Assembly (NCBI GenBank): GCA_951406725.2
Contig: OX597827.1
Coordinates: 84,568,001 to 84,632,000, forward strand
Reading direction: 5' to 3'
DNA length: 64,000 nt
Source: Octopus vulgaris
Lineage: Eukaryota
Shown one piece after another: positions 27,542 to 43,426 of the stretch. Below the pieces are notes generated by a model that was not told the origin of the DNA, did no database searches, and worked only from the letters and a program-made list of their open reading frames with translations. The stretch's first letter is position 1, and each line of letters starts with the position of its first letter. A program made the translations under genes and the position numbers.

Positions 27542-28439
27542 TATATATATATCTCTGTGTAACTGTCTGTGTGTCTGCCTCTCTGTGTGTCTGTCTCTCT
27601 GTGTGTCTGTCTGTCTGTGTGTCTGTCTCTCTGTCTGCCTGTCTCTCTCTCCCTTTCTCTCTCAACTCGTGTATGTGGATGTACTAAGTTCATGAGTGTG
27701 AAAAGCTATTTCTAGATGTCTTATACAATTGTTACCTGACTGTTTATGCTCAATTGAACTCGTTAGCACAGCACAAGCCCGTTGCCGTCTGTGCATATAT
27801 CCCCGTTCACGATATCAACAAAAATCAATTCAGATTGGTTGAACAGAGGCTGTACCATTCCATCAGTTGTATGGTCGACAGTTCCCTTCTTGTCTTTGGT
27901 GTTGTTATATTCTTGACAAAACCTCTATTTCTCGATGACTCGGTCCATTTAGCTGTAATAAGTACCATGTACAGTTCCTCCTGTTTCTAATTTCTGTACG
28001 TCTGTTATGTCTCAGTTTTTGAAATCAAAATTTTTTTCATCATTTTCTTTCATCAAATATTTTTTATCACTTTTCATTGACCAATTCAACAGTCACTCTT
28101 CTTTTGATTATTAATTACATCAGTAATTAATTAAAAGAATAAAGTCAATAATCATATCGTAATTGTGTTCAATTTTTAGATGGTCTCTTTATTAACCAAT
28201 TCAATTGTCCTCCTCTCTCTGCCTGTCGATTGTGTTTTACTTAACAGTTCTTTGTTTATTATTTTTCCCTGACTTCTCTTCTACCTTCCTGTATTTGTCG
28301 TTCATATTCTGTTTACCACTTTTTCATCTTCATTAACTGAAGTTACAAAAGATGTTTTTTTATTACTTTGTGTGGGATTTGTATTCTGTGTCTGGTATCT
28401 CTGAATTGTCATTCATTTCCGAGAGTTTGTTGCTTCTTT

Positions 28440-29310
28440 GAATTAGCGCAGTTGTATCTCAGCTGCTGTTTCCGGTGCTGTTGCGTCATGGAAAACTCGA
28501 CCCAGTGTGCAGATTGAAACGGTTTTTGCAACTGAATATATTCTGGTGTCTGGATCTAATTTCATCTAATTTCTTCTGTTGAACAAGCACAATTTTAGAT
28601 ATCATGGAACAAATTTTGCAAAGAGCGGAACTTTCTGTTATTTTCCAATTCGAATTATTTGCCAGCAAGTCTCACCGTGCTCCGAAGGAGACGTTACATT
28701 CTATAAATATTGCAGAATCAGCTGATACATTTTGTGTATCAATGTGTTATCGATTTGTCTCTTTTACCTGATAGATTACGTATTTTAAGCAATTCTCACA
28801 GACATGGCTTTAACTCGTTGCAGATTCATCTACTTCTGGTTATGTGTTGGAGGTTTCTAGAGACGTGGCCATTTATAACTTGAATGACATTTCTTCGGTT
28901 TCTCATAGCGAGTTTTTGTGTTATTCCTATTGAATAGTTTGTGCTGTCTCTGGTTGATTGAGAAATGTTTGGTAAATAATATATGCTTTGCCTCATTTGT
29001 TAATACTTTTAGAGTGAAAACTGGATTGATGTTTCTTTTCTGCTTCTGTGGGGTTTTAGGTATATCTGTGTGGCTTTTCTGTATGTAGACTGTTTCTTGA
29101 GTTCGCATACTTTCATGGCTTCATTGTAGAATGGTACTACTCGACTGGATATTGTTTTAAGGGATGATATTCGGGCGACTCTGGCTTATGCTGTTGACAA
29201 GGTTCTTTAATGTTGAAGATATTTGGAATGGTTGCTTATGTGTGACACCGACTTATTCGCGTTTTATAAAAGGACATTTTCCTGTGGATGAGGTTTCATA
29301 TACTGCCCAG
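28440..29310 (-). mobile_element. Decayed Penelope-like element (Naiad/Chlamys type): RT thumb, linker and GIY-YIG region
   Basis: Fragments SNHSK...RISSL...VVPFYNEAMK; KRNINPVF...KHFS...HKLFNRNNTK; *ICNELKPC; NCLKYVIYQ; WKI...CKIC; RHQN. These match PLE consensus order; frameshifted. Confidence 0.7.
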
Positions 29311-30824
29311 AGTCCCAGAAATACAAAATACTAAAAAAGGTGACTAGTGCTTGAATAGATCGTAGAATCGCTTGATCATAATTGTCCCTGGGCTAAACGA
29401 CAACAACAACAACACACACAATTGCAGATTATGATGGGCTTCGCACAGTTTCTGTCTACCAAATTTCATTCTCAAGCCATTGATCAAGAAGACGCTGCAT
29501 GAGGCGACTGGTACTTGCCCGTGGGATTGGATCGATGAAGGTGAAGGTGCAGGTTTCACACAGGAAACCATGTCAGAGAAGCAGAGGAGTTGTGAAATGA
29601 TTGGTCTTCACATGTTCTCGTCAGTCATTGGCAAAGGGTTTCAAAAATTTGATCACAGAATTAATGTTTTAGATTAGCCGATAAAATTAATCACTAATGG
29701 TGGGTTGCAGTAAACAGGCATCGCACTGTGTTTAAGAAGTTTCCGTTTGCTATCATGTGGTTCCTGGTTCAATCCCACTGCTATAGTGTTTCTTGCTATA
29801 CTCTCCAATAAAATAATGCCTTATGATTGAAACTTATCAGACGGAAGCCCGTCCTATTTTAGGGCTTGTTGTTGTTGTTGTCGTCGTTTAGCCTTCGGCT
29901 AAGGGTCATTCAGTCTGCTAGTATTCTTCAATCCGTCTGTTTAAATGTCTATGAATACATTGTCTAATATGTCCTTCTCGTTTTAAAGCGGTAAGGTAGA
30001 TTTCGAAGGTAATTTGGCAGCTATTTCTAATAAGTCAAACGTCGAGCGACTCATTAACTTGCGCGTGCGCACGTGTGTGTGTGTGTGCGTGCGTGTGTGC
30101 GTGTGTGTGTGTGTCTGTCTGTCTGTCTGCCTATCGACAAACCGTACCTTGTGATACTCCTGTCAGTAACGAAGGTAAAAATAGCAAGAGATCGATAAAA
30201 CAAACCAAAGCCCCGGGGTCCTCTACAACTGACTCTAATCTTTGAAGGTGTTGTCTCAACATGGCCACACTCGACTTCATAAAACAAGAATGAAAGATGG
30301 AAAAAATGGAGGGTAACAATGGCATTTGAAACATTACAGAGTTCACTTTTAAAAGAGATCGGTGTATGGAAGGAAGAGAGAAGAAACATTCGCGCACACA
30401 CATTCACATGTACATATGCACACACTCACACGAACACACATGAACGTGCGCGCTGGCTAATAGAGGTAAAATATAAACAGAAATATCAGAGGTTAAGATG
30501 GCGGCTTGTATATTATGGAATGGAAACTGTAAGTCTGTAAAAATTATCGATTACATTCAGTTTGATAAAGTTATCGATAGTTTCCTGAAGTTTTGTATCT
30601 CTCGATTTCGATGGCGTTCTCGAATATTCCTGTTTTTTTTTTATGGTTTACTATCCTAACCTGATCTCTGCCAACATAATTCATTTAACAAACTGAATAG
30701 TTAATGAGAACTTTATAAATTAGTTTTTACCAATTAATAAACGGTAAATTATTTAACAACACATAGAAATCATTTTCAAATAAATAAATAAACTTACTGC
30801 ATGAAATATTTATGTCTTTGTTGG

Positions 30825-30886
<62 letters not shown>

Positions 30887-31509
30887 CATACATACAGAGA
30901 TAGATAGATAGATAGATAAACAGATAAATGAAGAAAATTAATTAAAAATAGAATATAGAAATATGTGTGTTGTATATACGAGTGTGCGTGTGTGTGTGTG
31001 TATATTTGTGTGTTTGCATTGGTGAACGTATTTGATGAATGTTATGACGTCTAGAATGAGACTTTTGACGACAGCCCCCTAACGGTAAAAACCGGAAATT
31101 ATTAGAAAAAGTTTAGGGTTGGTAGTGGGTAGGTGGAGTTGGCTAAAATAATGTTCTTTCACAATCAGCTGACCATTTTTGCAGAAAGAGCTGTGAGATT
31201 CATATAAATGCATGCGTTCAAGTTTAAAAAAAACATAATGAAAATCATCTGCCGTAGTAGTAATAGTAGTAGTAATAGTAGTAGTAGTAGTAGTAGTAGT
31301 AGAACTTGATGGGGTTGTTTAATATGATTTTTAATAAAAATTTCTGCCAGTACGACATAAATTTATTTGCATTAATCATGAATGTACATCGTCCATTAAA
31401 CGATACCTTCCATCACCAACTACTACTACTACTTCAACCACCACCACCACCACCACCACCACCAACGTCACAATTATCACAACGTGTGTGTCTGTCTGTC
31501 TTTGTCTAG

Positions 31510-31764
31510 TCTTTTACTTCAGTCAGCAAGTAGGTTACGGCCACGCTGGGGCACTACCTTGAAAGGTTTAGTCTTTCAAATCGACCCCAATACTTTTTTT
31601 TTAATTCTTGTACTTTATCGGTCTCTTTAACAAACTACTAAGTTACGGGGACGTAAACAAGCCGACGCCGGTTGTCAAGCCATAGTGGCGGAACCCCACC
31701 ACGCAAGCACACACTCTCGCACACTCACTCACACAGACACGCACCCCACACCCCCACACAGAGA

Positions 31765-31795
<31 letters not shown>

Positions 31796-31850
31796 GCCAT
31801 CCAAATTCCCTCATGATTTTGGTCAAACTTACCGTTACTGTGGCAGAATC
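31510..31850 (-). mobile_element. SINE family A, partial
   Basis: Tail and body similar to 18507-18890. Confidence 0.65.
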
Positions 31851-31995
31851 TTAAAGCTGGGGACAAAATATCTTTATTCTTTCATTCTTCCAGTAAAGAT
31901 AACAAAGTACCAGTAAAATACTGGGGTTGATTTAATGTTGGTATCTTCCCATCAAATGTAGTTGCATGTAGATGTGAGAAATAATAATAATAATA

Positions 31996-32370
31996 ATAAC
32001 GAGATAAAGAATAGGAAACCAGACAGTTTTAATTGAGAAAGAAAGCAAACTATGCTGGATCATAGACATAACATGCCCAGCTGACAACAAGGTATGCAAT
32101 AAGGAAGAAAGAAAAGTCGATAAACATGATAGGTTAGCTTGGGAGGTTAAGCAGTTGTGGTCGATGAAAAAGGTAGTAGTAGTACCAATAATTGTCGGAG
32201 TCCTGGAAACAGTGAGTAAAAATTTTGAGAAGTACATGGAACAAATAGGGTTTGCACTAAGGATGGAGCACTTGCAGAAAACAGCACTGCTTGGAACCGC
32301 TTGAATACTCCGGATGGAGCTAAAAAAATAATGGGTGTTACATCTCCAGCGTTAGAAGCTGTGCAAAGGC
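31996..32370 (+). mobile_element. 5'-truncated R4/Dong-clade non-LTR retrotransposon, restriction-like endonuclease end
   Basis: NRKPD...CWIIDITCPADNKVCNKEERKVDKH...VVVVPIIVG...LQKTALLGTA; (AAT)n on both flanks. Confidence 0.8.
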
Positions 32371-32386
32371 AATAATAATAATGATG

Positions 32387-32417
<31 letters not shown>

Positions 32418-33569
32418 TAATCCTTTCTACTATAGGCAGAAGGGTTGAAATTTGGGTGGTGAGAGGACTAGTCTTACATCTAACCCAGTGTTCAGTTGGT
32501 AGATATTTCAACTTGAAAATGGATGAACGATGCTCATCCCGCCTCTCCCCATTTTTCACTCGTCTAGATTACAATCTTGTTGTCAGTGGTGCTTTTGGTG
32601 GTGTTTAGTTCTTGGTGAACCTTGATCATACAGTGATTTAGTCGAAGGCATTCTAACTGTGACCATCCCGTCTTTTTAAGAATTATAGAAGTGTATTTTA
32701 CGATAGATTTGGCTACTCCATTTAGCAGGTCAAGCGGCCATGTAAGGTTACCTCATTAGTATTCGTTTAACTATTTGTATTTAACACAATAACGCCTATG
32801 CGATCTCGAACGCTGATCTATGAGAAACGAAACATAAGCGTCGACTCTTTGCCTTACTTTTGCCCTGGCCTTTGAAATTTTAAAGAAATAACTGAGATAA
32901 TATGTAATTAAATGCGACAATGATAACAAATTTGTTAATGGACTCACGTGATTTATTTCGACTTTTTATTCTATCATTAATCCGCGTGTCAGCCAGCTTT
33001 CACCCAACTCCTATCAATTTTGATACTCAAAACCTCATTTCCCCTTTTCCCACTTCACTCCATTTTTTATATTATCACCAAACTTGGCTACCTGACACCT
33101 TAGCAATTTACTCTTATTTTTAGCTCCAAAACCAGCCATGACACACGAGTTTTTATTCTGAAACTTTTTCCAAATATCATTTACTTCTTTCACTGTAAAC
33201 TGATTTATTTCACTGTTTTGTTGGTTGTTGAGAATATCGTGGTTCGACCATGGGAAAGTTTTAATGGCTTATCTCTGAGTCCGGAGGAATATTAACATCC
33301 ACAACCGTCTTCAGAGACTCCAAGGCTGGTGAGAGGAAGCAGGTGGTGGTGGGGGAGAATTCTCTGCACGCTGGAGATCTGGTCCGAAGGCTCGCAAAAT
33401 AGTGGACTCTATTAAAAGTACTTAAAGACTAGAGTCCAGTAAAGGTACCTAAAGACCATACGGCGGTTTCAAACACGGTGATGAATTAAGCCCACCTCAC
33501 AACAATTGAACCAATCCCTCCGACGAGCCTCCACAGTTTAAATAAACAAAACTTCACCAAGATACTTTA

Positions 33570-34262
33570 GTTAAGTCACTTGAAACCAACGCTGTTGTAG
33601 TACCTGTTTCTGGATTTTGATGACAATGGTGGGATTTTTGACACTATGCAGTGGCGCCCCGTTCTGCTGTTTGTGTAACTTTCAATGCCAAAGTTTGGTA
33701 CAAGGCCTTCCAGGATTTTCCAGATGTATATCACTGCACATCTTCCGACTTCGTTTTAAGGAGAAGAGTTTTAACTCTTTCACCTTTCCCAGTGGTTGAC
33801 ACGTTGCATTGAGACGGTTTTCGCCGGATTTGAGTTTCGCTGTTCATTTTGCACTGTGTGCTGACCACAGTCGCGAGCAGTAGTCCAAGCGACTGAGGAC
33901 ATTTGGCTCCAAAGGTCCATCATAGTTTCCTTTTTTTCTCGTTCTGAAAGTTCGGAGGATCCATCCAGCTAGCCGTCTGCATTTTCTTGCCAAATTAATA
34001 ATATGCATTTGGAAAGATGTATCATTACTCATGTCATTGCCCAAGACCCACCCTAATTTCGATTCAGAGATTGCAATTCCTCCTGGGCCAGTGTATCCAG
34101 TCTGCATATCGTTCAGTTTTGTGTGCTGGCAGCGTAGGGGTTGGAATTTTCCAGCATTAAACAGCTTGTTCTTGTCCTCAGCCCACCTATATATTGCGAC
34201 CAACTCCTGTTGCAGATGCGCAATATTTCCAGGGTTCTGAATGGTCTGAGGGACTTTTGTGT
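33570..34262 (-). mobile_element. CR1-group LINE, RT C-terminal fragment
   Basis: ORF 33844-34203: IYRWAEDKNKLFNAGKF...GWILRTFRTR...VLSRLDYCSRLWS. Confidence 0.75.
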
Positions 34263-35653
34263 TCCAGTGACATTAGACTTCATTATCAGAACAGAAACTG
34301 AGGAAATATAGCAATGTATATTGTGGTTTTCAAGGGAGATAACTGTAATATGATCAGATAATTGAAAATGTTGACTTCACAGCACTGCAGTAGTCTGAGG
34401 CTAATCTTTCTTAAACTAGTTACAGGATCTAGAAATTTAGCAAAATAAATATCGGTCCATAGCTCCGTGGTTAATGGTGGTGAAGGAGGTGATGATGATG
34501 ATGATGATGGCCGTGGTGATGGTAATGTTGCCGATTATGTGTAATGACGTGTTGTAATTAACTCGCACAATTTATTATAAAGTGCGGGAAATGACACGGT
34601 GGTGGAGGTGGAGGGGAAGGGGCGCAGCAGTCTGTGTAATAAGTATATGAGAGTGACGTGTGTGTGTGTGTTTAGGGGAGGATATAAAATGAAATCTTCA
34701 TTTTGAGGAGATAAATCTAGTCTGTCTGATGTCAGAGATGAAGAGTAAGTCATTGGAGACTGCCATGTTGCTATTTCTCACCTCACCGCCCACCCACACC
34801 TACTCACCCTTCCACCCCAGTTACTCCTTGTCGTAATCCTTCTATTTATCATGTTGGTACTACTTCTCGCCTCCTCACCTCAGACACCCACCCCTTATCC
34901 ACCCTCCTGTAATTCTTCTATTTATCATGTTGTGCTTGTTATTCTTTTGTTTTGCCACCATTTTATTGTTGTTGTTGCTATCAATATGGTAACATTCTTG
35001 TTACCACCACCACCACCTTACACCCACACACACCACCACTTATAGAACTGCACCAGCGCAACCACCACCATTACTACTACTACTGCTGCTACTGCTCGAA
35101 GGGAAGTTCCGCAAATTACTGTGAAGGAAGGCCTCCAAGTTGTCGCTCGATTTGCTAAAAATAGCAGCCAAATCTTGCCCAAATCACGGTGTACTAGCTT
35201 ACATAACGAATGACAAAATGAGTAATGTAGCTCTAAATATTATGTCATGAAAATAAGCCTAGGGTGGTCACGTTTGGAATATCTTAGACCAGAGATCATC
35301 CAGATCACAGGAGACCTGGGAACGAAGCCAAAACAATGCACAAAATAATAACCGTTCAATCTAAGTAAATTGATGAGAGTGTGAGGCTTGTATCATGTCC
35401 TGGGCCAGTTGTTTAACGTTATTACACCAATATCTGTAAGCTATCAATTCAACTCCTTGCTGCCCGAGCCTATCACGGGTTGCTTATCTTACAAGATGGG
35501 CGAGACTTACATTTATATTTCTAGACTCCACTTCAGCAGTGCCAGCGATACAGTTTGAAACTGTGACCCTTTGACCGTGTCAGGTACCACTCCACAATCA
35601 GAAATAGCAAAATTATTGAGATGCTGTGAAGTTTAGTAACTTCATGGCAACTG

Positions 35654-35738
<85 letters not shown>

Positions 35739-35763
35739 GTCTATCTATCTGTCTATCTGTCTA

Positions 35764-35804
<41 letters not shown>

Positions 35805-38250
35805 TTTGGCGGCGAGGTTGGCCCTCGACCATCACTTCAACGCCAAACACGAAGGGTGTGCTGTCAGAGCTAGGATGCGTGCTCTAAGGAACGAAGGTGT
35901 TGGAGCCGCGAGAGAGGCCCGGGTGGCAGAGGCGCAACAGGGCAACAAAGCCACTATTCGGTCTCTGGTAGATGAACAGGGGCGCGAATTGCTCGAGCCA
36001 AGTAAAATGTGTGAGGCCTTTCAACAGCATTTTGCCCCCACTGTTCGGGACGAGTGGCGGGCAAGAACGTAGGGTGGACTTCAGTGCCTACCAACACAGC
36101 CTACCACGACTCTCGACAAGAGAGGCAGGGTGCTGCGAAGGTGCCATCACGGCGGCGGAAGTGCAGGACGCGATGGCAGAATGCTCGAGGGACAAATCGC
36201 CGGGTTTGGATGGTCTCCCTTCGAGCTTTACAGTTGTATGCCAGTCTTGTTTGGAGACGTCTTGGCAGCGGTGTACTGCAACTGGCATTCCTGGTTTTGT
36301 GAGCCGAGGAGCCGTAACACTGCTGAAGAAAGATCTAAACAAGGGAAATGTAATAGATAACTTTAGGCCCATCACTCTGCTTAATGCAGACTTAACAATT
36401 TTGGCCAAGGTGTTAGCCAAGAGGTTGGCGCTTGTCATCGAGAAACTGGTCGACAAAGCGCAAACGTGCGCCGTGCCGGGCCGGACCATCCATGACAACC
36501 TCCACCTGATGCGCTACATCATAGACAGGGTAGTTAACGAACCTGGCATGGGTGGGGCGCTGATCAATTTGGATCAATCGAAAGCTTTCGATAGGGTAGA
36601 CCATCGATACTTGGAGGCAGTCCTCAGAGCGGCTGGCTTCGGTCCCGTCTTCCGCGGCTGGATAGCCGCTTTGTACAGAGGCATCCGTTCGGTAATTCGC
36701 GTAAATGGACATCTATCGAGACCTTTCGACATCGCACGTTCGGTTCGTCAGGGATGCCCCCTCTCGTCGCTTCTATACGTATTGACTCTCGAGCCACTAT
36801 TGCGGAAGCTGGCAACTCTGAGGGGCATCCCGCGAGAACTGGGATGCGGGACGAGCGTGTCTGCATACGCGGACGACGTCACCGTCATAGTGTCTAGCCA
36901 CGAGCACATCGAGCAGGTCGGCGAGACACTGAAAAACTACGAAGCGGTGACAGGAGCAAAAATCAACCGGGAAAAGTCAGTGGGTTTGCGACTAGGCACC
37001 TGGAGAAGCAAGCCCATGCCGTCTACCAGCGCCTCCGTTGTGGGACACTGGACCGACGGTCCGGTCGAGTTGCTCGGGGTCTGGTTCGGTCCGGACCTCC
37101 AAATGGAGAAGAACTGGAACGAGATAACGAGTAGGGTGGTGACTCTCGCCCGGCAATGGGCCGAGAGGAAACTGTCCCTAAAAGGTCGGGCGGAGGTGGC
37201 GAACACATACATCGCGTCCGTCATCTACAACCGCCTGACCGTCGTGCCTTGTCCTGACCCTACCATCACCAAACTAGACGCATTCTCTTTCGCTTCTTGT
37301 GAAAAGGATGCGTCCCGATGGTCAGGCGATCCATTTGCTGTCAACACCCGTTAAAAGGAGGACTGGGCATGCCGTGGTTGATGATGCGCTGACACGCGCT
37401 GAGACTGCGACATCTCCGGCTCTATGTAGACGACGGTGAACAGGTGTGGTCGCCGTTTGTGAGGCACGCTTTCCCGCAGCTCGTCTCCATGACCGAACTG
37501 CAATCGTGGATCAAAAAGAGGCCGAGGAAGGGCGAATGGCACCGCGAGTGTCGCGTTGCTCTCAAGCAACTCCGCCGTCCTGGGTCAACCTTGAGTGACT
37601 CCATCACAACCAAAGCATTCTATAGGGGATTAGTGGAGGGGAGGTACGACGACGAGCTCGGGGCGAACCTGGACGTCGACGAGAAATAGCTGACCCGCCT
37701 GTTCGGGACGACTTTCGGGCCAGGGCCCATGGACAACTTCCAGAGATCCCTGGCCTGGCAGTGCTACCGAGAAGCGCTACCCGTTCGGGAAAAGCTCTAC
37801 AGACACGGCTCGAGAAACACGGGGCCGACCTGCCCGAGATGCGGTCAGAGCGACGAAACCGTTCTGCACGCACTCGTGCAGTGTCCAACAATTTCCGACC
37901 TGTGGGCTTATGTCGAACAACTGCTGTCACGTGTGGGACGAGTCGGTTTATCAGCTGAGTCTATCGTCAATATTGTCACGCCTCCTTCCTTCAAACGGGA
38001 AGGAAGAGCTATTTTTATCATCCTTGTGGCTATGGCGAAAGAATGTATCTGGTGGACGCGTCTGAAAGGATTGGAGACAAACACTTTCCTCTCTGGTCAA
38101 CCTCTCATCAACTTCTTCAAGTACCACTTGAAAAGGAAAGTGAGAGTAGAGAGGCAAGTTTTGTCTAGCGAACGTTTTAAAAAAAGATGGGTGAATGTAG
38201 CAAGGATGGCACGTATGAATGACGAAGCCACCTTGAGCATAATCCTATGA
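35805..38250 (+). pseudogene. ORF2 remnant (reverse transcriptase plus C-terminal CCHC zinc finger), frameshifted with stops
   Basis: KSPGLDGL, FRPITLLNAD, LDQSKAFDRVDH, VRQGCPLS, AYADD (YADD at 36866-36877), CPRCGQSDETVLHALVQC. Confidence 0.92.
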
Positions 38251-38601
38251 ACCCAGAAATTGAAAACAGAGGGTTACCCACTTGCAAACAAATGTGGTAA
38301 CATATAACAATATTGACCAAGGTTACCGTGGTCTTTTTCGTAGGCTTTTCTTCCCACGGATAAACCTTACTTGCTTTCCCCTTTACAACATACATCATGA
38401 CACTGTGATACACGATCCCTATTGATCGTTTTTTTTCCTCTTCCCCTATTTCCTCTTTTTTCTTTTTTTTTGTTCCTTTTCCCTTTTACGATCCCTTTTG
38501 ATCGAAAACCTACGCCACCTTTTTTTTTCTCCCCCAAAAGAAAAGCTCTACCTTGTAACTTGTCCCATCTGTGTGCAGCCCTGTGTGGCCAATAAAGAAA
38601 C

Positions 38602-38602
<1 letters not shown>
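35805..38602 (+). mobile_element. 5'-truncated Tx1/L1-clade LINE, relatively young, embedded in a (TATC/TGTC)n microsatellite
   Basis: RT-coding region, 3' UTR with AATAAA at 38591, and microsatellite on both sides (35653-35803 and 38603-38790). Confidence 0.93.
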
Positions 38603-38678
<76 letters not shown>

Positions 38679-38679
38679 C

Positions 38680-39995
<1,316 letters not shown>

Positions 39996-40545
39996 TTTCT
40001 TCTCCGTCCGGTTTAATTATTCATTTATATTTGTTGTTTACATATTCTTAAATCATGTAGTTCCGCGATAAAACTGTGAAAAAGGCTCCGGGTTCAATTC
40101 CCTTTAGGGACGAAAATTATCTTTGATAACATCAACGTATGAATGAAAATAACTAAACAGTGGGTAGTAACTTTCGCCTTCCATGGTAAAAAAATGTTAT
40201 AAATATGAATAGCTTTCAATGTATATATAAAATCACTGTCATTTTTGACGGCGCAGACTCACCAGTGATTTAATAAAATAATAATTGTAAATACTTTCAA
40301 CAGCTATTATATAAAGACATTTTTATTGGTTTAACCTCGATAAAATATTCAAACAAAATATATAAAACCTTTCTTCATATTTAATTCTCTTTGGATTCAA
40401 TCCCTCAAAGTATTTTCAATAAAAATTTAATTATTCTATCTGTACAAAACTATATCAAATATATGTGAATGCTATGGAGATGTATTTATTAAACACCTAG
40501 TTCAGCTTATTTCTATTTAAATGCCATCATTTTTGTCACGGGTTT

Positions 40546-40603
<58 letters not shown>

Positions 40604-41105
40604 AGAGAGAGAGAGAGCTAAAGATGTAGACATGTAAGTTGATAAATAGTGGGACAGATCTTTGAAGATGGTGACGGAGGGAAATGTTTAGGATGTCAGC
40701 GTAAATAGAAGTAAAACAGAATCAGGAGTTCAATTCTTGTTCGTGTTGTCGTCATTGTTCTGGGCCATAAAGTATGTATGTGGAACCAATTTCAGCAGCG
40801 AAGTAACAGACAGGATGCTAACCCTTGCTTTAATATGTTTAAATTTGAGCTGTTAAGAGATCTGTGAAGTCCTGTCTTTGTAGCAGCTGTGATGAAAACA
40901 CGCCATAAATCATGTTTGCACGATCACAAAACTCATTTATTACCTTTACAATCCACCTGCTAACTGAAGATCTTCTCTAATTAATACTAATTAATATTAA
41001 CTAACTGCCACAATTAACCCTTACACCCTCATTCAACGTCTCATTGCCTGTCTTCAATATTTCATATCACCTCTAGGTTTCTTTTTGTCTGTTTGCTTGT
41101 CTGTC

Positions 41106-41136
<31 letters not shown>

Positions 41137-42584
41137 GTCTGTATGTATATTTATATAATTATGCCTATGCATGCATGCATGTGTATATGTGTCTGTGTGC
41201 ATGTCTGTATGTTTGTAAATCGATATGCATCTATATATGCTTGTATTCAGGCCCCTATCTGCCGATCCATCTCTCTGCCTGCCTCACATGTCTCTCGCTT
41301 TCCTCCATCTTTCAGCCTGTCACTCTACATATGTCTGTCTGCCTGTCTCTGAACCCATTAATAATACATTTATCAGTTTAAGACAGACAGACAGACTCAC
41401 TCACTCACTCACTCACTCTCTCTCTCTCTCTCTCTCACACACACTCTCCCCCCCCCCCCCCCGACACACATACTCCCTCTCTCTCACACACACATACACA
41501 CGCATTAATACTAACATATTTTTCTCACACACACCCCACCTTCCGCTACTCTCAGCCTTTACACAGATACCCGGGGTCAGCTGAACGCTATGTTCCCGTG
41601 TATAATTCCATTTTAATGTTTATATATGACTTCTTGAAAGCAAGATTCCCCTTACGTGAGTCGGGTATTTTAACAATCTTTTGTTAACTTTTCCACCCCA
41701 TTTATGACAGCACCCGACAAGAATCATCGCTAAACAATTACCTCCCCCACCCCCGCTGCAACATTACCACCGATAGAATAAAGGTTACCTTCTTACCCAA
41801 ATAGGAATGCTTTGGGTGTCATCAAGATCGTCGCCTATTTCTAATATCCTAACTCACACATCCTTACTTAATGTGAATATAACATTTTTCTCCGCCCCCC
41901 CTCTCATTATTATATCTCTGTTAGCCTTTTCCATTTATCACTTCTCTGTTCCAATCTTTTTTCTCGTCTGTCTGTGTGTCACTAAGCCTTCATTTACCCT
42001 ATCATTTTCAACTTACCAATCCGATTTCTTACCGCAAGCTATGCCATATGCGACATCTCATCCAAATACGAACGCATCCGTTAAATACCCGTTAATTATT
42101 TCATCTTCTATCACAGGTCAGAAATACAGATAAGTTTGAGGACTTCTTAATGAAGTACGGGGTGGAGTTTGAGGGGGGGGGGGTTAACTACTGCTTGATA
42201 TCGGTTTTGTTAAGTTTTCGAACTCGCTGCTACCAAGTACCCAGCCCAGCATTTTAATATCCTGTCTGAGAGAACGTGGGTCATGGAATCATTAACCTCG
42301 TTCGTTTGTGGAATGGTAACAGTTGGAAGATGTCCTTTCTTCGAAGACAAACGAGAGAAAAATGTGAATGTAGTTATGAAATTGATATTAAATAAAAGGA
42401 AATCGGGGGTGGGGGAGGATTAAGGATTAGGGTTAGGAAATTAATAAAAGGGAGGAAGAAGGAGGGAAGTAAGGGAGGAGGAGGAGGAAAAGTAGAGATT
42501 TAAAAGGTGAGAGAAGTAGAAGTGTGAGATATAAATAGAAAAACACTATGAATAAATGCTACTTGTATTTTATGTATATGTGTG

Positions 42585-42659
<75 letters not shown>

Positions 42660-42999
42660 TACATATAGATGTTGTGTATGTGTATATATACATATGGATG
42701 TGTGTGTATGTGTATATATACATATGGATGGTGTGTATGTGTATATATACATATGGATGGTGTGTATGTGTATATATATATAGATAGATGGTGTATATGT
42801 GTGCGTAACGATACATTAATTATGCTCAACTCTAACGCTCCACGATTTCAGGTTTCAGTCAAGAGAAAAGGTGCCTTACTGTAATAGTCTTCACATGTGT
42901 AACCAATAACGCCCTCGGTGCTCACAAGGGGGAAATCATATAGAAATGTGTGCGTGCGCGCTTGCTTAGGTCAGTAGCTAGGGAGTCTGACATGGTAAC

Positions 43000-43246
43000 T
43001 TGTAGCACACTTCCGTTAGTTCAAATGCCACTATGGAGTAGCGAGCAGAGACAGACATCCGCTCGTGAAAGATCGAGGATGCGTCAGCTGGAGGGAGAAA
43101 GAGGATTGCAATAGTACTAGGGTGGTACTCCTCTACAGCTGAGTAGAGCGGAGCAACGTGGAATGAAATGCCTTGCTCAAAGACACAACACATCCCGTAG
43201 CCCTTACAATCGGGAGCCCAACACCCTGACCACTAGGCCAAACAAC

Positions 43247-43250
<4 letters not shown>
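43000..43250 (-). mobile_element. SINE family C (CORE-like central domain), decayed
   Basis: ctacagctgagt...gagcaacgtg.aat.aa.tg.cttg.tcaa...cacaacac shared with 58673-59000. Confidence 0.6.
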
Positions 43251-43290
<40 letters not shown>

Positions 43291-43426
43291 ACGGAGCAAA
43301 TAGAAAAAATAATTCAGGAAAATAATTATTTGCGAAGATACCATTGACTCTGTTACTTGCGTGACAATTTAAAAATAATAACAGTATCAATAATAGAGGC
43401 GATTGCAGGCCCCCCAAAAGCATTAA

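Noticed and set aside
28455-28495. Minus-strand atgacgcaacagcaccggaaacagcagctgaga as a SECIS or hammerhead downstream of the PLE ORF
   Set aside because: Folds convincingly as neither: the SECIS helix does not pair, and the hammerhead CUGA and cleavage U are missing
36088-37930. Antisense and alternative-frame ORFs overlapping the Tx1 RT
   Set aside because: Shadow ORFs of GC-rich LINE coding sequence
40055-40105. tRNA gene (gggttcaattccc T-arm-like sequence)
   Set aside because: No cloverleaf or acceptor stem; B-box-like motifs in this window belong to SINE heads
42425-42440. Telomeric TTAGGG-like repeat
   Set aside because: Fewer than two full units; not meaningful
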